Program-made: the position numbers and the translations under genes
Notes under the pieces: generated by a model
What the model was told of the DNA's origin: nothing
Databases searched by the model: none
The model's input: the letters and a program-made list of their open reading frames with translations, nothing else
Shown here: piece after piece, positions 50,022 to 60,196 of the stretch
Numbering within the stretch: position 1 is the stretch's first letter
How the letters are laid out: each line of letters begins with the position of its first letter
Assembly (NCBI GenBank): GCA_031415335.1
Contig: JANORM010000068.1
Coordinates: 1,136-65,135 of the forward strand
Direction of reading: 5' to 3'
DNA length: 64,000 bases
DNA from: Sphingomonadales bacterium
Lineage (GTDB): Bacteria; Pseudomonadota; Alphaproteobacteria; Sphingomonadales; Sphingomonadaceae

Positions 50022-50062
50022 TAGGCATTAATTTGTTTTTCTGTTCAAAAAATATTCTGTGG

Positions 50063-51115
50063 TTAAGCGAGCTGCCAATGCAATTCTTCACCAGCATGAA
50101 ACGGCACAATGGTCTCGCCGCCAACATGCATCAATGCCGGGACTAAATTTGCCGCACGGTGCAAGGTGATCGTGGTTTCATTCAGCGGCAAGCCATAGAA
50201 ATTCGGTCCGTGCACCGACGCAAAACCCTCTAACTTATCCAGCGCACCCTCCGCATCAAACACGGCGGCATAGCTTTCAATGGCATATGGGGCGTTGAAA
50301 ATCCCGGCGCAACCGCACGCGCGTTCTTTGGCAGCGACCACATGCGGCGCGCTGTCGGTACCCAGAAAGAACTTCGCCGACCCAGATGTTGCGGCCTTGC
50401 GCAATGCCAATCGGTGCACTTCGCGTTTGGCCACCGGCAGGCAATAAGCGTGCGGGCGGATGCCGCCTGCGAACATGGCGTTGCGATTGATATGAAGATG
50501 TTGCGGCGTGATTGTGGCGGCGATATTGGGGCCGCTGCTTTCCACAAACTGCACCGCCTGTAATGTGGTGATATGTTCAAAGACGACTTTTAAGTCCGGC
50601 AAATCACGGATCAGGCCGGTCAAAATACGGTCGATAAACACAGCTTCGCGGTCAAAAATGTCAATCGCGCTGTCGGTGACTTCGCCGTGAATCAACAGCG
50701 GCATGCCGATGCCCTGCATGCGCGCCAACGCAGGCATAATATGCGCGATGTCGGTTACGCCGTGCGCGCTACCCGTGGTGGCGTGCGCTGGATATAGTTT
50801 TGCCGCAGTAAACACGCCGCTTTCATATCCCCGCGCCAATTCCTCGCCGTCGGTATCGTCGGTCAGATACGCTGTCATCAGCGGGGTGAAATCCACGCCA
50901 GCGGGAACTGCCGCCAATATCCGGTCACGGTACGCCGCGGTTTTGGCAATATCGGTGACGGGCGGTGACAGGTTGGGCATCACAATCGCCCGCGCAAATT
51001 GCCGCGCGGTATAGGGCACGACGCCGCGCATCATATCGCCATCGCGCAAATGGACATGCCAATCATCGGGGCGGCGGATTTTGAGAATCATTGGATCGTT
51101 GATAATTTCGCTCAT
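50063..51115 (-). CDS. pyrC: Dihydroorotase (type II)
   Basis: PDDWHVHLRDG, KLYPA and FLGTDSAPH motifs. Confidence 0.97.
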   Translation of the reverse strand: MSEIINDPMILKIRRPDDWHVHLRDGDMMRGVVPYTARQFARAIVMPNLSPPVTDIAKTAAYRDRILAAVPAGVDFTPLMTAYLTDDTDGEELARGYESGVFTAAKLYPAHATTGSAHGVTDIAHIMPALARMQGIGMPLLIHGEVTDSAIDIFDREAVFIDRILTGLIRDLPDLKVVFEHITTLQAVQFVESSGPNIAATITPQHLHINRNAMFAGGIRPHAYCLPVAKREVHRLALRKAATSGSAKFFLGTDSAPHVVAAKERACGCAGIFNAPYAIESYAAVFDAEGALDKLEGFASVHGPNFYGLPLNETTITLHRAANLVPALMHVGGETIVPFHAGEELHWQLA

Positions 51116-51153
51116 CCCTTTTCTTTAGGCGCGCGGCGTCCTATTTGTCACCT

Positions 51154-51963
51154 ATGACTGCACTCTGCCTGAATGATCGCGCCGTAATTTGCCTCTCACC
51201 ATCACAGGAGGATGAGGATGTGCGCGATTTCCTGCAAGGATTGGTGACGGCGGATATGCACGGACCGCTACCGACATGGGCCGGCCTGCTCAGTCCGCAA
51301 GGCAAGGCGTTGTTTGATTTTTTCATTTGGCAGGACAATGACCGCATCTTGATCGATTGCGAACAAAGCCAAGCGGACTCCCTGATCCGGAGGCTGTCAA
51401 TATACCGGTTGCGGCGTAAAATCACGATCGCGATTGAACCGTCGCTAGCAGTTTATTGGACTGCCGCTGCGCCCGATGAGGGTGCAAAACGTCATAATTC
51501 CGATCTTGGCCCTTGGCCAACGGGTATTAACCCCGATCCGCGCCATGCAAGCCTCGGCTATCGTTGGCTATCGGCGGCGACCCAAACCATCGCCGATGGA
51601 TCGGCCGAATACCGCGCGCATCGTTTGTCACTGGGCATTACCGAGGGTATCGCAGAGCTGGGCAGTGACCAGACATTATGGCTGGAGTCGAATGCGGCGG
51701 AGCTGAACGGGGTGTCGTTTACCAAGGGCTGCTACGTCGGCCAAGAAAATACCGCGCGGATGAATTGGCGGCAAAAGGTTAATCGCCGGATGGTGGTTGT
51801 ACCGATGGCCGATGCCGATCCGAAACGGCAACGCATTGCGTATCCTGATCTGGGGCTTAGCGTGGAACATCGACGCGTCGAGGATTTGGGTCGCGCCGAG
51901 GATATGGCGGCGCTGACGCTGCCCGACTGGATGCCCGATTTGAATGGAAGCGGCGATAGCTAA
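51154..51963 (+). CDS. ygfZ: Folate-binding Fe-S cluster repair protein YgfZ
   Basis: FLQGLVT, LSPQGK and KGCYVGQE motifs. Confidence 0.92.
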   Translation: MTALCLNDRAVICLSPSQEDEDVRDFLQGLVTADMHGPLPTWAGLLSPQGKALFDFFIWQDNDRILIDCEQSQADSLIRRLSIYRLRRKITIAIEPSLAVYWTAAAPDEGAKRHNSDLGPWPTGINPDPRHASLGYRWLSAATQTIADGSAEYRAHRLSLGITEGIAELGSDQTLWLESNAAELNGVSFTKGCYVGQENTARMNWRQKVNRRMVVVPMADADPKRQRIAYPDLGLSVEHRRVEDLGRAEDMAALTLPDWMPDLNGSGDS

Positions 51964-52328
51964 TCCAGCAATTCCAACTTAACCCTTGCCGTGCCGCTGC
52001 GGTGCATGCCGATTGCTTTGGCGGCGGCATAGCTGATGTCGATCACCCGGCCTTTGCTCCATGGCCCGCGATCATTGATGCGCACAACCACTTGTTTGCC
52101 ATTGGACAGGTTGGTCACAGCAACGCGGCTGTGAAACGCCAGTGAACGATGCGCAGCGGTCAATTTACCAGGATCGAATCGTTCCCCATTCGCAGTCCGA
52201 CTGCCCGCGAATTCAGACGCATAATAGCTCGCCATGCCGGTGCTAACGTGGCGGCGGATATCGCCTGCGTGCGCCAAAATGGGCATCGCAATCAATGCCA
52301 ACCCGCACAAATTATATCGTAGCCGCAT
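51960..52328 (-). CDS. rlpA: RlpA-like DPBB lytic transglycosylase
   Basis: GMASYY, TANGE, TAAHRSL, RINDRGP and IDISYAAA motifs. Confidence 0.88.
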   Translation of the reverse strand: MRLRYNLCGLALIAMPILAHAGDIRRHVSTGMASYYASEFAGSRTANGERFDPGKLTAAHRSLAFHSRVAVTNLSNGKQVVVRINDRGPWSKGRVIDISYAAAKAIGMHRSGTARVKLELLD

Positions 52329-52578
52329 CGCCCTCCCCCGCATCGCCCTGCCCTAACGCGCAGCACACGGCGCCCTCGCCCAATGTGAAGCAAACTGCGG
52401 CGTGACGATTAATGCCGCAAGGCGAAGGCGATGCGCCGCAATATTTTTAAGCCAGACCGAGATGCGTTTTATTGCTGCGCCCGTTCCGGCGCGCGGGCCG
52501 CCAAAGGAAATTGGGCCGACAGAAGTAAAGGGGGCAAGGGTGAGTTGCAGATTTCCTCGCTTCGTTGGGCAGTACAGC

Positions 52579-53115
52579 TCATCCAAAAAGCCAACTGCCC
52601 AACAGGCGGTTGAAGGGGAAGGTGAAGAAGCCGGCGATCAGCAGCGCGCCGGTGATCATGCCGCGAACGGCGCTTCGGTGGCGCGGCCAATCATGGCGGC
52701 GCGCGTGTAGGATGATCAGCGGGACCTGAATCATCGTCCATATCGACAATAAATGGATAAAGGAGAAATGGCCGGGATTGATGCCGCGGACGAGCAGACT
52801 GATCAATGCAGTGACGAACATTGCGCTGCACCAAACCCATCCCAGTGCGCGGTGCGGCGGATCGCCCCGGCGGCGCAACAGCATCACGGGCGTTAGCCCA
52901 AGCCCGATCAGGACCGTGCCAATATGCGACCAGACCACAGGCGGCACCTCGTGCCACTCATCATGGCCGCGCGCAATTGCCGACAGCACCGCCAGCATCA
53001 GCGCCGCCGCGCCAAAGGCCAGCACACGATCAAATGTCTGCGCCGCCAGCGGGCCACGCGCCTGTCCCTGCGCAGCTACTGCACCCTCAATCATGCTCCC
53101 TGTATCATGCTCCAT
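52579..53115 (-). CDS. DUF2306-like membrane protein
   Basis: RRGDPPHRALGWVW, SFIHLLS and AGFFTF...RLL motifs. Confidence 0.75.
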   Translation of the reverse strand: MEHDTGSMIEGAVAAQGQARGPLAAQTFDRVLAFGAAALMLAVLSAIARGHDEWHEVPPVVWSHIGTVLIGLGLTPVMLLRRRGDPPHRALGWVWCSAMFVTALISLLVRGINPGHFSFIHLLSIWTMIQVPLIILHARRHDWPRHRSAVRGMITGALLIAGFFTFPFNRLLGSWLFG

Positions 53116-53425
53116 GGCGCGCACGCAGCAACAAATAGCCTGCAAAGCCCACCGCGACGCCCGGCACTATGCCGAGCAAAATACAGACCCAGCCGTGGCG
53201 CACGCCCCTCGCCTTTGCCTCAAAGGCAATCCATGCGCTCAGGATCACCCAGCAAGCAATGGTGTCGGCGGAATAGCCGCTGGCATAGGGATTGACGAAG
53301 CCCGCACCAAAGGCGCCGATAATATCAGGATCGGCGATGAAAGCCGGGATGCACCAATAGGCGAATAACGCGGCAAACCCAGCCGCCGCCGCGATAATGG
53401 TGGTTTTGAATATCTGCTCGTTCAA
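53105..53425 (-). CDS. DUF2834-like membrane protein
   Basis: GFVNPYASGYSAD and VPGVAVGFAGYL motifs; AGGAGG before TTG start. Confidence 0.7.
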   Translation of the reverse strand: MNEQIFKTTIIAAAAGFAALFAYWCIPAFIADPDIIGAFGAGFVNPYASGYSADTIACWVILSAWIAFEAKARGVRHGWVCILLGIVPGVAVGFAGYLLLRARHGA

Positions 53426-53571
53426 AAGTGCCTCCTTGGTATTACGGTAGGCATGAAGGTGCCGTATCCTCAGACCATTCCGCCGCCCCGATTACAACGT
53501 GCAATTGAGGCGGCGTCATTTCCATAATCTTGCAAAATCTGACGCGCAGCTTTTAACCGGCGGTGCAGCTT

Positions 53572-55188
53572 TTAACCGGCGGTATTGACCGCCACCTTGT
53601 CAGACGCGCCGCCTTTATCATCTGGCTTTGCCAATTTTGCTTCCAGACGTTTCAGCATTTCATGCGGGCTTTCCTGAACCGTGAAATTGGTAAACTTGTC
53701 GGCAAATTTCTCTTGCTCTTTGCGCTGTTTATCCTTGTCATTCTTATTGTCTTCATGGCTGCCAAAGGCGAGCGGTGAGATCATAAAGATCGCCTCTGGA
53801 TACAGCCCGCGCGCTTCAAAATCATGCGCCAGTTTGAAGCGCAGACCGCTGTCACTGGGCAACAATAGATGTGCCTGCATCAACGCATTTTGCGCATCCT
53901 CGGGCGGCAAAGCCGCGCCTTGTTTTTTGAAACTATCAAACAGCCCTTCCAAAATTCGCGGCGTATTCGGGCGCAATTCATTGGCGGTGTAAATCAACTC
54001 CCGCACCACATCCCATTTTTTTGCATCGGTGTTGCCCGATTTTTTCAATTCATCCACCTGCATTTCGGCATCAAAATAAACGGCGATACCGTTTTTGGGA
54101 TTAATCGCTTTCAAATTGGCGATTGTGGATTTCGCATTCTCCGTTTGTCCCGCAACCATTTCCGTTTCCAGACGAATTTCCTGCGCATTTTCGTCGGATT
54201 TCATCTTGTCAGACGCGTCAGCGACCATCTGGGTGAATTGCGGCAAATCGGCGCGCCTTAGGCCCGAATTCAACGATATGTCGGCGCGCAACAATGTCAC
54301 TTCTGGATCGGTTAAATTGCGCGTCGTGATGGGGCCAACATTGATTGGCTTAAGCGATAATCGCAACGCCTTTAGGTTTTTGACATAGGCTTTCAACTCG
54401 CTGTCCAGCAAATCAAGATCGCTGCCAAAGCTTTCTTCGGCCGCCGTTTTATAATCCTTACCCTTTGTAATCGCGAGCAAATAATCATTTAACTGCTTTC
54501 CGCGCACCGAATTATGCGACGCGTAATGCGTCAATAACCAACCTTGCGCATATAATGACCCCAGTTGATCGCCGACATCATCATAATTTTTCGCGGTCAG
54601 CATTTTGCGCATCGGCAACCAGTCGCCCTTAATCGTGTCAACGCGGCCCAATGGCGCATGGCCAAATTCAATCGTCTTGTCGTCGACAAATTGAATGGTG
54701 CCATAATATTCGGCAAAGCCCTCTGTATACCAGCTGGGATAGGTCGCTGGAAAATATTGGAACGTAAAATGATGAATATATTCGTGCTGCAAGACATCGG
54801 GCGCCCATCCGTAAACATTTTGAACAACCGTGCGGCGCGTCGCAGGCTGCCGCTCTACGCGGCGCGTCGCGACCAGAAATGGCCCCCGAATGGACGTTGT
54901 ATAATATCCACCGACGCCAAAAGTAGGGTAAGGCAGCGTCGCTGCGACCGCATCCAAATCACGGACTTGATACACTTTCAACTTCAGTTTTGCGTGCGGT
55001 TTTTTTGTTTGTGAAAATGCCCGCACGATGTGATCGAATTTCTCCAGCTTCTCAACATTCGCCCGCACATCCGCCTCTTCGGCCTCGCTGTACAAGATAA
55101 AATGGTCGGATTCCGCCACCTTCCATCCTGCAAATGCCGGCGTTGCCGATGATAATAACGCTCCGATGAGCAATGTTGAAATACGCAT
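53572..55188 (-). CDS. Secreted gluzincin-like (HExxH...E) protein with TPR-like C-terminus
   Basis: Signal peptide; W..AESDHF..YS, QHEYIHH and PSWYTEGFAEY motifs. Confidence 0.75.
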   Translation of the reverse strand: MRISTLLIGALLSSATPAFAGWKVAESDHFILYSEAEEADVRANVEKLEKFDHIVRAFSQTKKPHAKLKLKVYQVRDLDAVAATLPYPTFGVGGYYTTSIRGPFLVATRRVERQPATRRTVVQNVYGWAPDVLQHEYIHHFTFQYFPATYPSWYTEGFAEYYGTIQFVDDKTIEFGHAPLGRVDTIKGDWLPMRKMLTAKNYDDVGDQLGSLYAQGWLLTHYASHNSVRGKQLNDYLLAITKGKDYKTAAEESFGSDLDLLDSELKAYVKNLKALRLSLKPINVGPITTRNLTDPEVTLLRADISLNSGLRRADLPQFTQMVADASDKMKSDENAQEIRLETEMVAGQTENAKSTIANLKAINPKNGIAVYFDAEMQVDELKKSGNTDAKKWDVVRELIYTANELRPNTPRILEGLFDSFKKQGAALPPEDAQNALMQAHLLLPSDSGLRFKLAHDFEARGLYPEAIFMISPLAFGSHEDNKNDKDKQRKEQEKFADKFTNFTVQESPHEMLKRLEAKLAKPDDKGGASDKVAVNTAG

Positions 55189-55385
55189 GTTTGTTCCTTT
55201 TAAACCAAGACTTGAACCAACGATTTTGGATCACGCATAGTGGGATAACTACACGATTTACCTTGACAAACTATCACAGTGTTTGGCTTTGTCTAGATGG
55301 GTAATTTCGTAAACATTGGCATGATCAAAATAGGCTTTGGCCGCATAATTGTACGGATATTTGCGCGCGCAAGTAAGGAAATATA

Positions 55386-57353
55386 ATGAAGGATCGGCCG
55401 ATGCGCCTTGGTGTTTGTTACTATCCCGAACATTGGCCGGAAAGTGTCTGGGAAGACGACGCGCGGCATATGGCGCAGCTTGGTCTTTCGCGCGTGCGCA
55501 TCGGCGAATTTGCGTGGAGCAAGATCGAACCAGAGCCTGGCCATTATGATTGGGGCTGGCTGGACCGCGCGGTCGATATGTTGCATTCGCATGGGCTGGG
55601 CATCATCATGGGAACACCGACGGCAACCCCGCCAAAATGGCTGGTTGACACGATGCCGGACATGGTTGCCATCGATGCGCACGGGTTTGCTCGCAATTTT
55701 GGATCGCGGCGGCATTATTGTTTTTCGCATGAAGGATACCAGCAGGCCTCGGCAAAAATCGTGGCCGCAATGGCCCAGCGATACGGCAAGCACCCAGCAA
55801 TCGTCGCGTGGCAAACCGACAATGAATTTGGCTGCCACGATACAGCGGTCAGCTATTCACAGGCCGCCCGCACATCGTTTCGAGGCTGGCTAGCAAATCG
55901 ATATCCGTCGGCAGACGCGTTGAATGCCGCATGGGGCAATGTGTTTTGGAGCATGGAGTATCGCAGTTTTGATGAGATAGAGTTGCCCAATTTGGCGGTA
56001 ACCGAAGCAAATCCCGCGCATTTGTTGGATTTTAGGAGGTTCTCCTCCGATCAGGTGGTCCGGTTCAATCGGGCGCAGGCGGACATTATTCGCGCGTGTT
56101 CGCCTGAGCGAGATGTTGTGCATAATTTCATGGGCTTTTTTACCCAATTTGATCATCATGCCGTCGGCCATGATCTCGACGTTGCCAGTTGGGACAGTTA
56201 TCCGCTGGGATTTTTGGAGCAATTCTGGTTCTCCAAGGACGAAAAGCTGCGTTATATGCGCCAAGGCCATCCCGACATCGCGGCGTTCCACCACGATCTC
56301 TATCGCGGCTGTGCAAAGGGCCGCTGGTGGGTGATGGAACAGCAACCGGGTCCGGTGAATTGGGCGCGGTTTAATCCTGCGCCTTTGCCCGGCATGGTGC
56401 GGCTGTGGACGCTCGAAGCGATGGCGCACGGCGCAGAGCTCGTCAGTTATTTTCGCTGGCGGCAATTTCCCCATGCGCAGGAACAAATGCATAGCGGGCT
56501 GCTGCGTCCCGACCGTAGCGAGGATGTCGCCGCGCATGAAGTTCGCCAGTTGAAATCGGACATTGAGGGCATCAGCGCGGCCGAGGGCCATGTGAACACA
56601 GCCCCGAAATCGGTGGCCCAAAAATCGGTGGCCTTGTTATTTGACTATCAATCCGATTGGGTGACCGAAATTCAGCCGCAGGGCGCTGGGTTCAGCGCGC
56701 TGCGTATGGCGTTTGAATTTTACACCGCTGCACGGAAATTGGGATTGGATGTGGACATCATCCACCCAGAGGCCGCGCTGGATGGTTATGCCATGGTGAT
56801 GGCGGCGTGCCTGCCGATTATCTCAGAAAAGACCGTGGCGGCGCTATCCGCATTTCAGGGCCGCATATTGATCGGCCCGCGCACGGGCAGCAAGACCGCG
56901 TCATTTGGTATTCCCGCTGAATTGCCGCCGGGCGATCTGCGCGCGTTAATGCCAATCAAGGTGCTGCGGGTAGAATCGCTGCCGCCGGAATGGGCCGATC
57001 GCGGCGATGGTTTTGAATTGCGGCATTGGTTTGAACATATTGAAAGTGATTTGATCGCCGAAGAGACGCTGAGTGATGGGCGCGCGGCGGTCTTTAGCAA
57101 TGGCCGCACGCGGTATATCTGCGGCTGGCCGGACACGGCGCTGCTGACGCGCTTAATTGCGAGGATGGCAAGCGAAACGGGCGTAAACATTATGCCCGTG
57201 CCCGATGATCTGCGCATCCGGCGGGCAGGCAACCTGACTTTTGCATTTAATTACGGAACAGACATGCTGCCAATCCCTGGCGGCGAAAACCGACGGTACA
57301 TATTGGGAGGCCCCGAAATTCCGCCTGCCGGAGTGTCGGTTTGGCAGGCATGA
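55386..57353 (+). CDS. GH42 beta-galactosidase
   Basis: GVCYYPEHW, GEFAW, WQTDNE, WDSYP, MEQQPG and EQMHSG motifs. Confidence 0.93.
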   Translation: MKDRPMRLGVCYYPEHWPESVWEDDARHMAQLGLSRVRIGEFAWSKIEPEPGHYDWGWLDRAVDMLHSHGLGIIMGTPTATPPKWLVDTMPDMVAIDAHGFARNFGSRRHYCFSHEGYQQASAKIVAAMAQRYGKHPAIVAWQTDNEFGCHDTAVSYSQAARTSFRGWLANRYPSADALNAAWGNVFWSMEYRSFDEIELPNLAVTEANPAHLLDFRRFSSDQVVRFNRAQADIIRACSPERDVVHNFMGFFTQFDHHAVGHDLDVASWDSYPLGFLEQFWFSKDEKLRYMRQGHPDIAAFHHDLYRGCAKGRWWVMEQQPGPVNWARFNPAPLPGMVRLWTLEAMAHGAELVSYFRWRQFPHAQEQMHSGLLRPDRSEDVAAHEVRQLKSDIEGISAAEGHVNTAPKSVAQKSVALLFDYQSDWVTEIQPQGAGFSALRMAFEFYTAARKLGLDVDIIHPEAALDGYAMVMAACLPIISEKTVAALSAFQGRILIGPRTGSKTASFGIPAELPPGDLRALMPIKVLRVESLPPEWADRGDGFELRHWFEHIESDLIAEETLSDGRAAVFSNGRTRYICGWPDTALLTRLIARMASETGVNIMPVPDDLRIRRAGNLTFAFNYGTDMLPIPGGENRRYILGGPEIPPAGVSVWQA

Positions 57354-57407
57354 TAATGCTGCGGATTGCAGCGCACCAAGAATGAGTGCCGCCGCATAAT
57401 ACGGCCT

Positions 57408-57444
57408 GAGGCCCCGACCCTAAGGCCCCGTCCCTAAGGCCCCG
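57408..57444. repeat. About 2.5 tandem copies of a 14-bp TAAGGCCCCG(A/T)CCC unit
   Basis: Read directly; variant of the dispersed TAGGGTCAGGACCC motif. Confidence 0.75.
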
Positions 57445-57685
57445 GCATAGTCGCTTGAAATGTAGGATTTAATTTGTCAGCGTGAGACTGGCTCTTTGAA
57501 CCGTGCATCCAATGTCATCCCGCTCTAAATGATTGGCGTATTTCCAATGCAAAAAATATCAAATCGGGTGTGAACTTGCACGCTTTTCTGCGAGTTTTAC
57601 GGACCTCAATATTATGTGGCGATAGCACGCACAATATTGAAACGGCACGCCGCCGCCGCTCCGGCCGGCGCTGGAGCACACCGTT

Positions 57686-57786
57686 TAGACCGTGCTGACA
57701 ACAAGTAGGAACCAGTTTTTGCCCCTAAATCATGCGACCACAAAAATTTAGGACGGACATTTGATCCAATCAAATGTCCGTCCTAG
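57686..57786 (+). repeat. Bru-RS-like double-hairpin interspersed repeat, copy B
   Basis: Colinear with 22179-22282; perfect 17-bp stem TAGGACGGACATTTGAT-CCA-ATCAAATGTCCGTCCTA. Confidence 0.8.
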
Positions 57787-57832
57787 TGTGATGTCCAGCG
57801 CAGCACAAAGCGGCGATTGTTATGATGGTTGC

Positions 57833-59995
57833 CTATTTCTTCATTGCATCGCCCGTTGGAAAACCTCGGCGTTTCAACAGCGCGTCGACATCGGGGTCAC
57901 GGCCACGAAATGCGCGATACGCCTCGATACGGTCGGTTTCGTCACCCGTCGCCAACAAAACATTGCGGAATTTATCGGCCAATGCCTTGTTCCAAACATC
58001 GCCGCTTTCTTCAAATGCCGCCCACGTATCCGCGTCCATCGTTTCGGACCAAAGATAGCTGTAATAACCCGCCGAATAGGCGTCGGATGAAAACAGATGG
58101 TTGAACTGCGGCAGGCGGTGGCGCATCGCCATTTCCTTGGGCATTCCGATTTCCGCAAGCGTCGCCTTTTCAAACGCGGCGGCGTCGGTCACTGGATCAG
58201 TGCGGTTGTGCAGCTTCATATCCAGAATCGCGCTTGATAAATATTCGACCGTCGCAAAACCCTGATTAAACGTGCCGCTCGCCTCGATTTTATCAACCAG
58301 CGCCTTTGGAATCGCTTCACCCGTTTTGTAATGCTTCGCATATTTGTTCAGAATATACGGCGTCAGCAGCCAGTTTTCATTCACTTGGCTTGGATATTCG
58401 ACAAAGTCACGCGGCGTTCCCGCCAAACTCGGCCACGTAATATCATAGTTCAGATAATGCAGCGCATGGCCAAATTCATGGAACAATGTCGACGCGTCAT
58501 CAATGCTAATCAAGGTTGGCTCACCCGCCGCGCCCTTGACGAAATTGTTATTGTTCGACGCCAGCACCAAGTTATTTTGCCCGCCCAATTTATGCTGGCT
58601 GCGATATGTGGTCATCCATGCTCCGGACCGTTTGCCGCTACGTGCAAAATTATCGAGATAAAATAAACCGACCGTTTTGCCATTGCGGGCAACCTCAAAT
58701 GTCCGCACGCTCGGTTCAAATACAGGCACAGCGCCTGTATTTTCGGTGAAGCTGAAATCATATAAGCGGCCCGCTGCATCGAACAATGCGGCAACCATAT
58801 TGTCGAGTTGGAAATACGGTTTGATCTCATTCTGGTCGAGGTCATATTTTGCCTTACGCACTTTTTCGGCGTAAAAACGGTAATCCCACGGCTCGATGGT
58901 AATCTCTTCTGCATTGGCAATTGCTTGCATATCGGCGACTTCTTCTTTGACGCGTGCGACCGCTGCTGGCCATACTTTCATCATCAAATCCATCGCCCGG
59001 TCGGGGTCTTTGGCCATCGTATTTGTCATGCGGTAATGCGCATGCGTCTCAAACCCGAGTATTTTGGCGCGCTCTTGCCGCAGTTTCAATATCTCGGCAA
59101 TCGTCGCATTTGTATCGTTAGCATCGCCATTTTCACCGCGCTTTACAAAGGCCCGCCAGACCTTTTCACGCAAAGCCCGATTGGTCGAGTTTTCCAGCAC
59201 GGGCTGCACGGCAGAGCGCGTGTTGACAATTGCCCAGCCGGACTTTCCCCGCGACGTTGCCGCAGATTGCAGCGCAGCGACAAAGCTGTCTGGCAGCCCG
59301 GCCAATTCGGACTGATCATTCAGCAAGATGTAGGTTTCTTCATCGGCCAGAACCTTACCGGAAAATGCAGAGAATTTTTTCGCAAGTTCCGACTCAACGG
59401 CAATCACTTGATCCTTTTGCTTCGCATCCAGCAGCGCGCCATTGCGCACCAATCCGTCATAGCTTTGCTCCAACAGCCGCAATTGTTTCGCATCCAGGTT
59501 CAAATTGCCGCGTTGCTGATACAAAAATTGAATCCGCTGAAAATAGCGCGAGTCGAGTGACTGCTTGCCGAAAAACTCGCTGATTTTTGGATCCCATTCC
59601 GCCTCTATTTTGCGGATTTGATCCGATGACAGGTTGGATGTGTAAACACCCCAAACCGAAAATAGACGGTCAATTTCTTTGCCTGATAACTCGCGTGCGG
59701 TGATGGTATTATCAAACGTAATCGCCTCAGAATTGTTCACTATTTTCTCAAACTCAACTGTCGAAGCTGCCATTGCCGCTTCGAATGCTGCGGGAAAATC
59801 GTCCGTTTTGACCTTATCCCATGGCGGGACGCCGTCATAAGGCCCTGTCCAGGGTTGCAGCAAAACAGGTATTTGGGCCGGTGCGTTCATTTTGGTGCTT
59901 TCCTTTTGTGCGGCATTGGCGGCTTGCGTGCTAAATATTGCTAACAATGCGATGGCCGCAATGCTGGTCGATATGTTCCAATTGGCCATTTTCAT
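57833..59995 (-). CDS. dcp: M3 family peptidase (peptidyl-dipeptidase Dcp-like) with signal peptide
   Basis: KRSGAWM, FHEFGHALH, DFVEYPSQ and YSAGYYSYLWS motifs. Confidence 0.9.
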   Translation of the reverse strand: MKMANWNISTSIAAIALLAIFSTQAANAAQKESTKMNAPAQIPVLLQPWTGPYDGVPPWDKVKTDDFPAAFEAAMAASTVEFEKIVNNSEAITFDNTITARELSGKEIDRLFSVWGVYTSNLSSDQIRKIEAEWDPKISEFFGKQSLDSRYFQRIQFLYQQRGNLNLDAKQLRLLEQSYDGLVRNGALLDAKQKDQVIAVESELAKKFSAFSGKVLADEETYILLNDQSELAGLPDSFVAALQSAATSRGKSGWAIVNTRSAVQPVLENSTNRALREKVWRAFVKRGENGDANDTNATIAEILKLRQERAKILGFETHAHYRMTNTMAKDPDRAMDLMMKVWPAAVARVKEEVADMQAIANAEEITIEPWDYRFYAEKVRKAKYDLDQNEIKPYFQLDNMVAALFDAAGRLYDFSFTENTGAVPVFEPSVRTFEVARNGKTVGLFYLDNFARSGKRSGAWMTTYRSQHKLGGQNNLVLASNNNNFVKGAAGEPTLISIDDASTLFHEFGHALHYLNYDITWPSLAGTPRDFVEYPSQVNENWLLTPYILNKYAKHYKTGEAIPKALVDKIEASGTFNQGFATVEYLSSAILDMKLHNRTDPVTDAAAFEKATLAEIGMPKEMAMRHRLPQFNHLFSSDAYSAGYYSYLWSETMDADTWAAFEESGDVWNKALADKFRNVLLATGDETDRIEAYRAFRGRDPDVDALLKRRGFPTGDAMKK

Positions 59996-60196
59996 CTCAC
60001 CCTTTTTATTTGCTCTGTTGATTGGAAATAAGGCGACATCGGTCAATCTCCAAACAATTTCCACGTAGCTTTTCATCTTATACGAACCGCAGCGGCTTGT
60101 TGTATCCAATATGGAGGATAATCCTCGGGGCGCGCGCCATGATGCGAACGGGTTCATTGGCACATGCGAAGCAACTTAAACCTTAATCAGGAGGCT

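Noticed and set aside
52353-52578. Short ORFs or an RNA between rlpA and the DUF2306 gene
   Set aside because: No recognisable motif or convincing structure.
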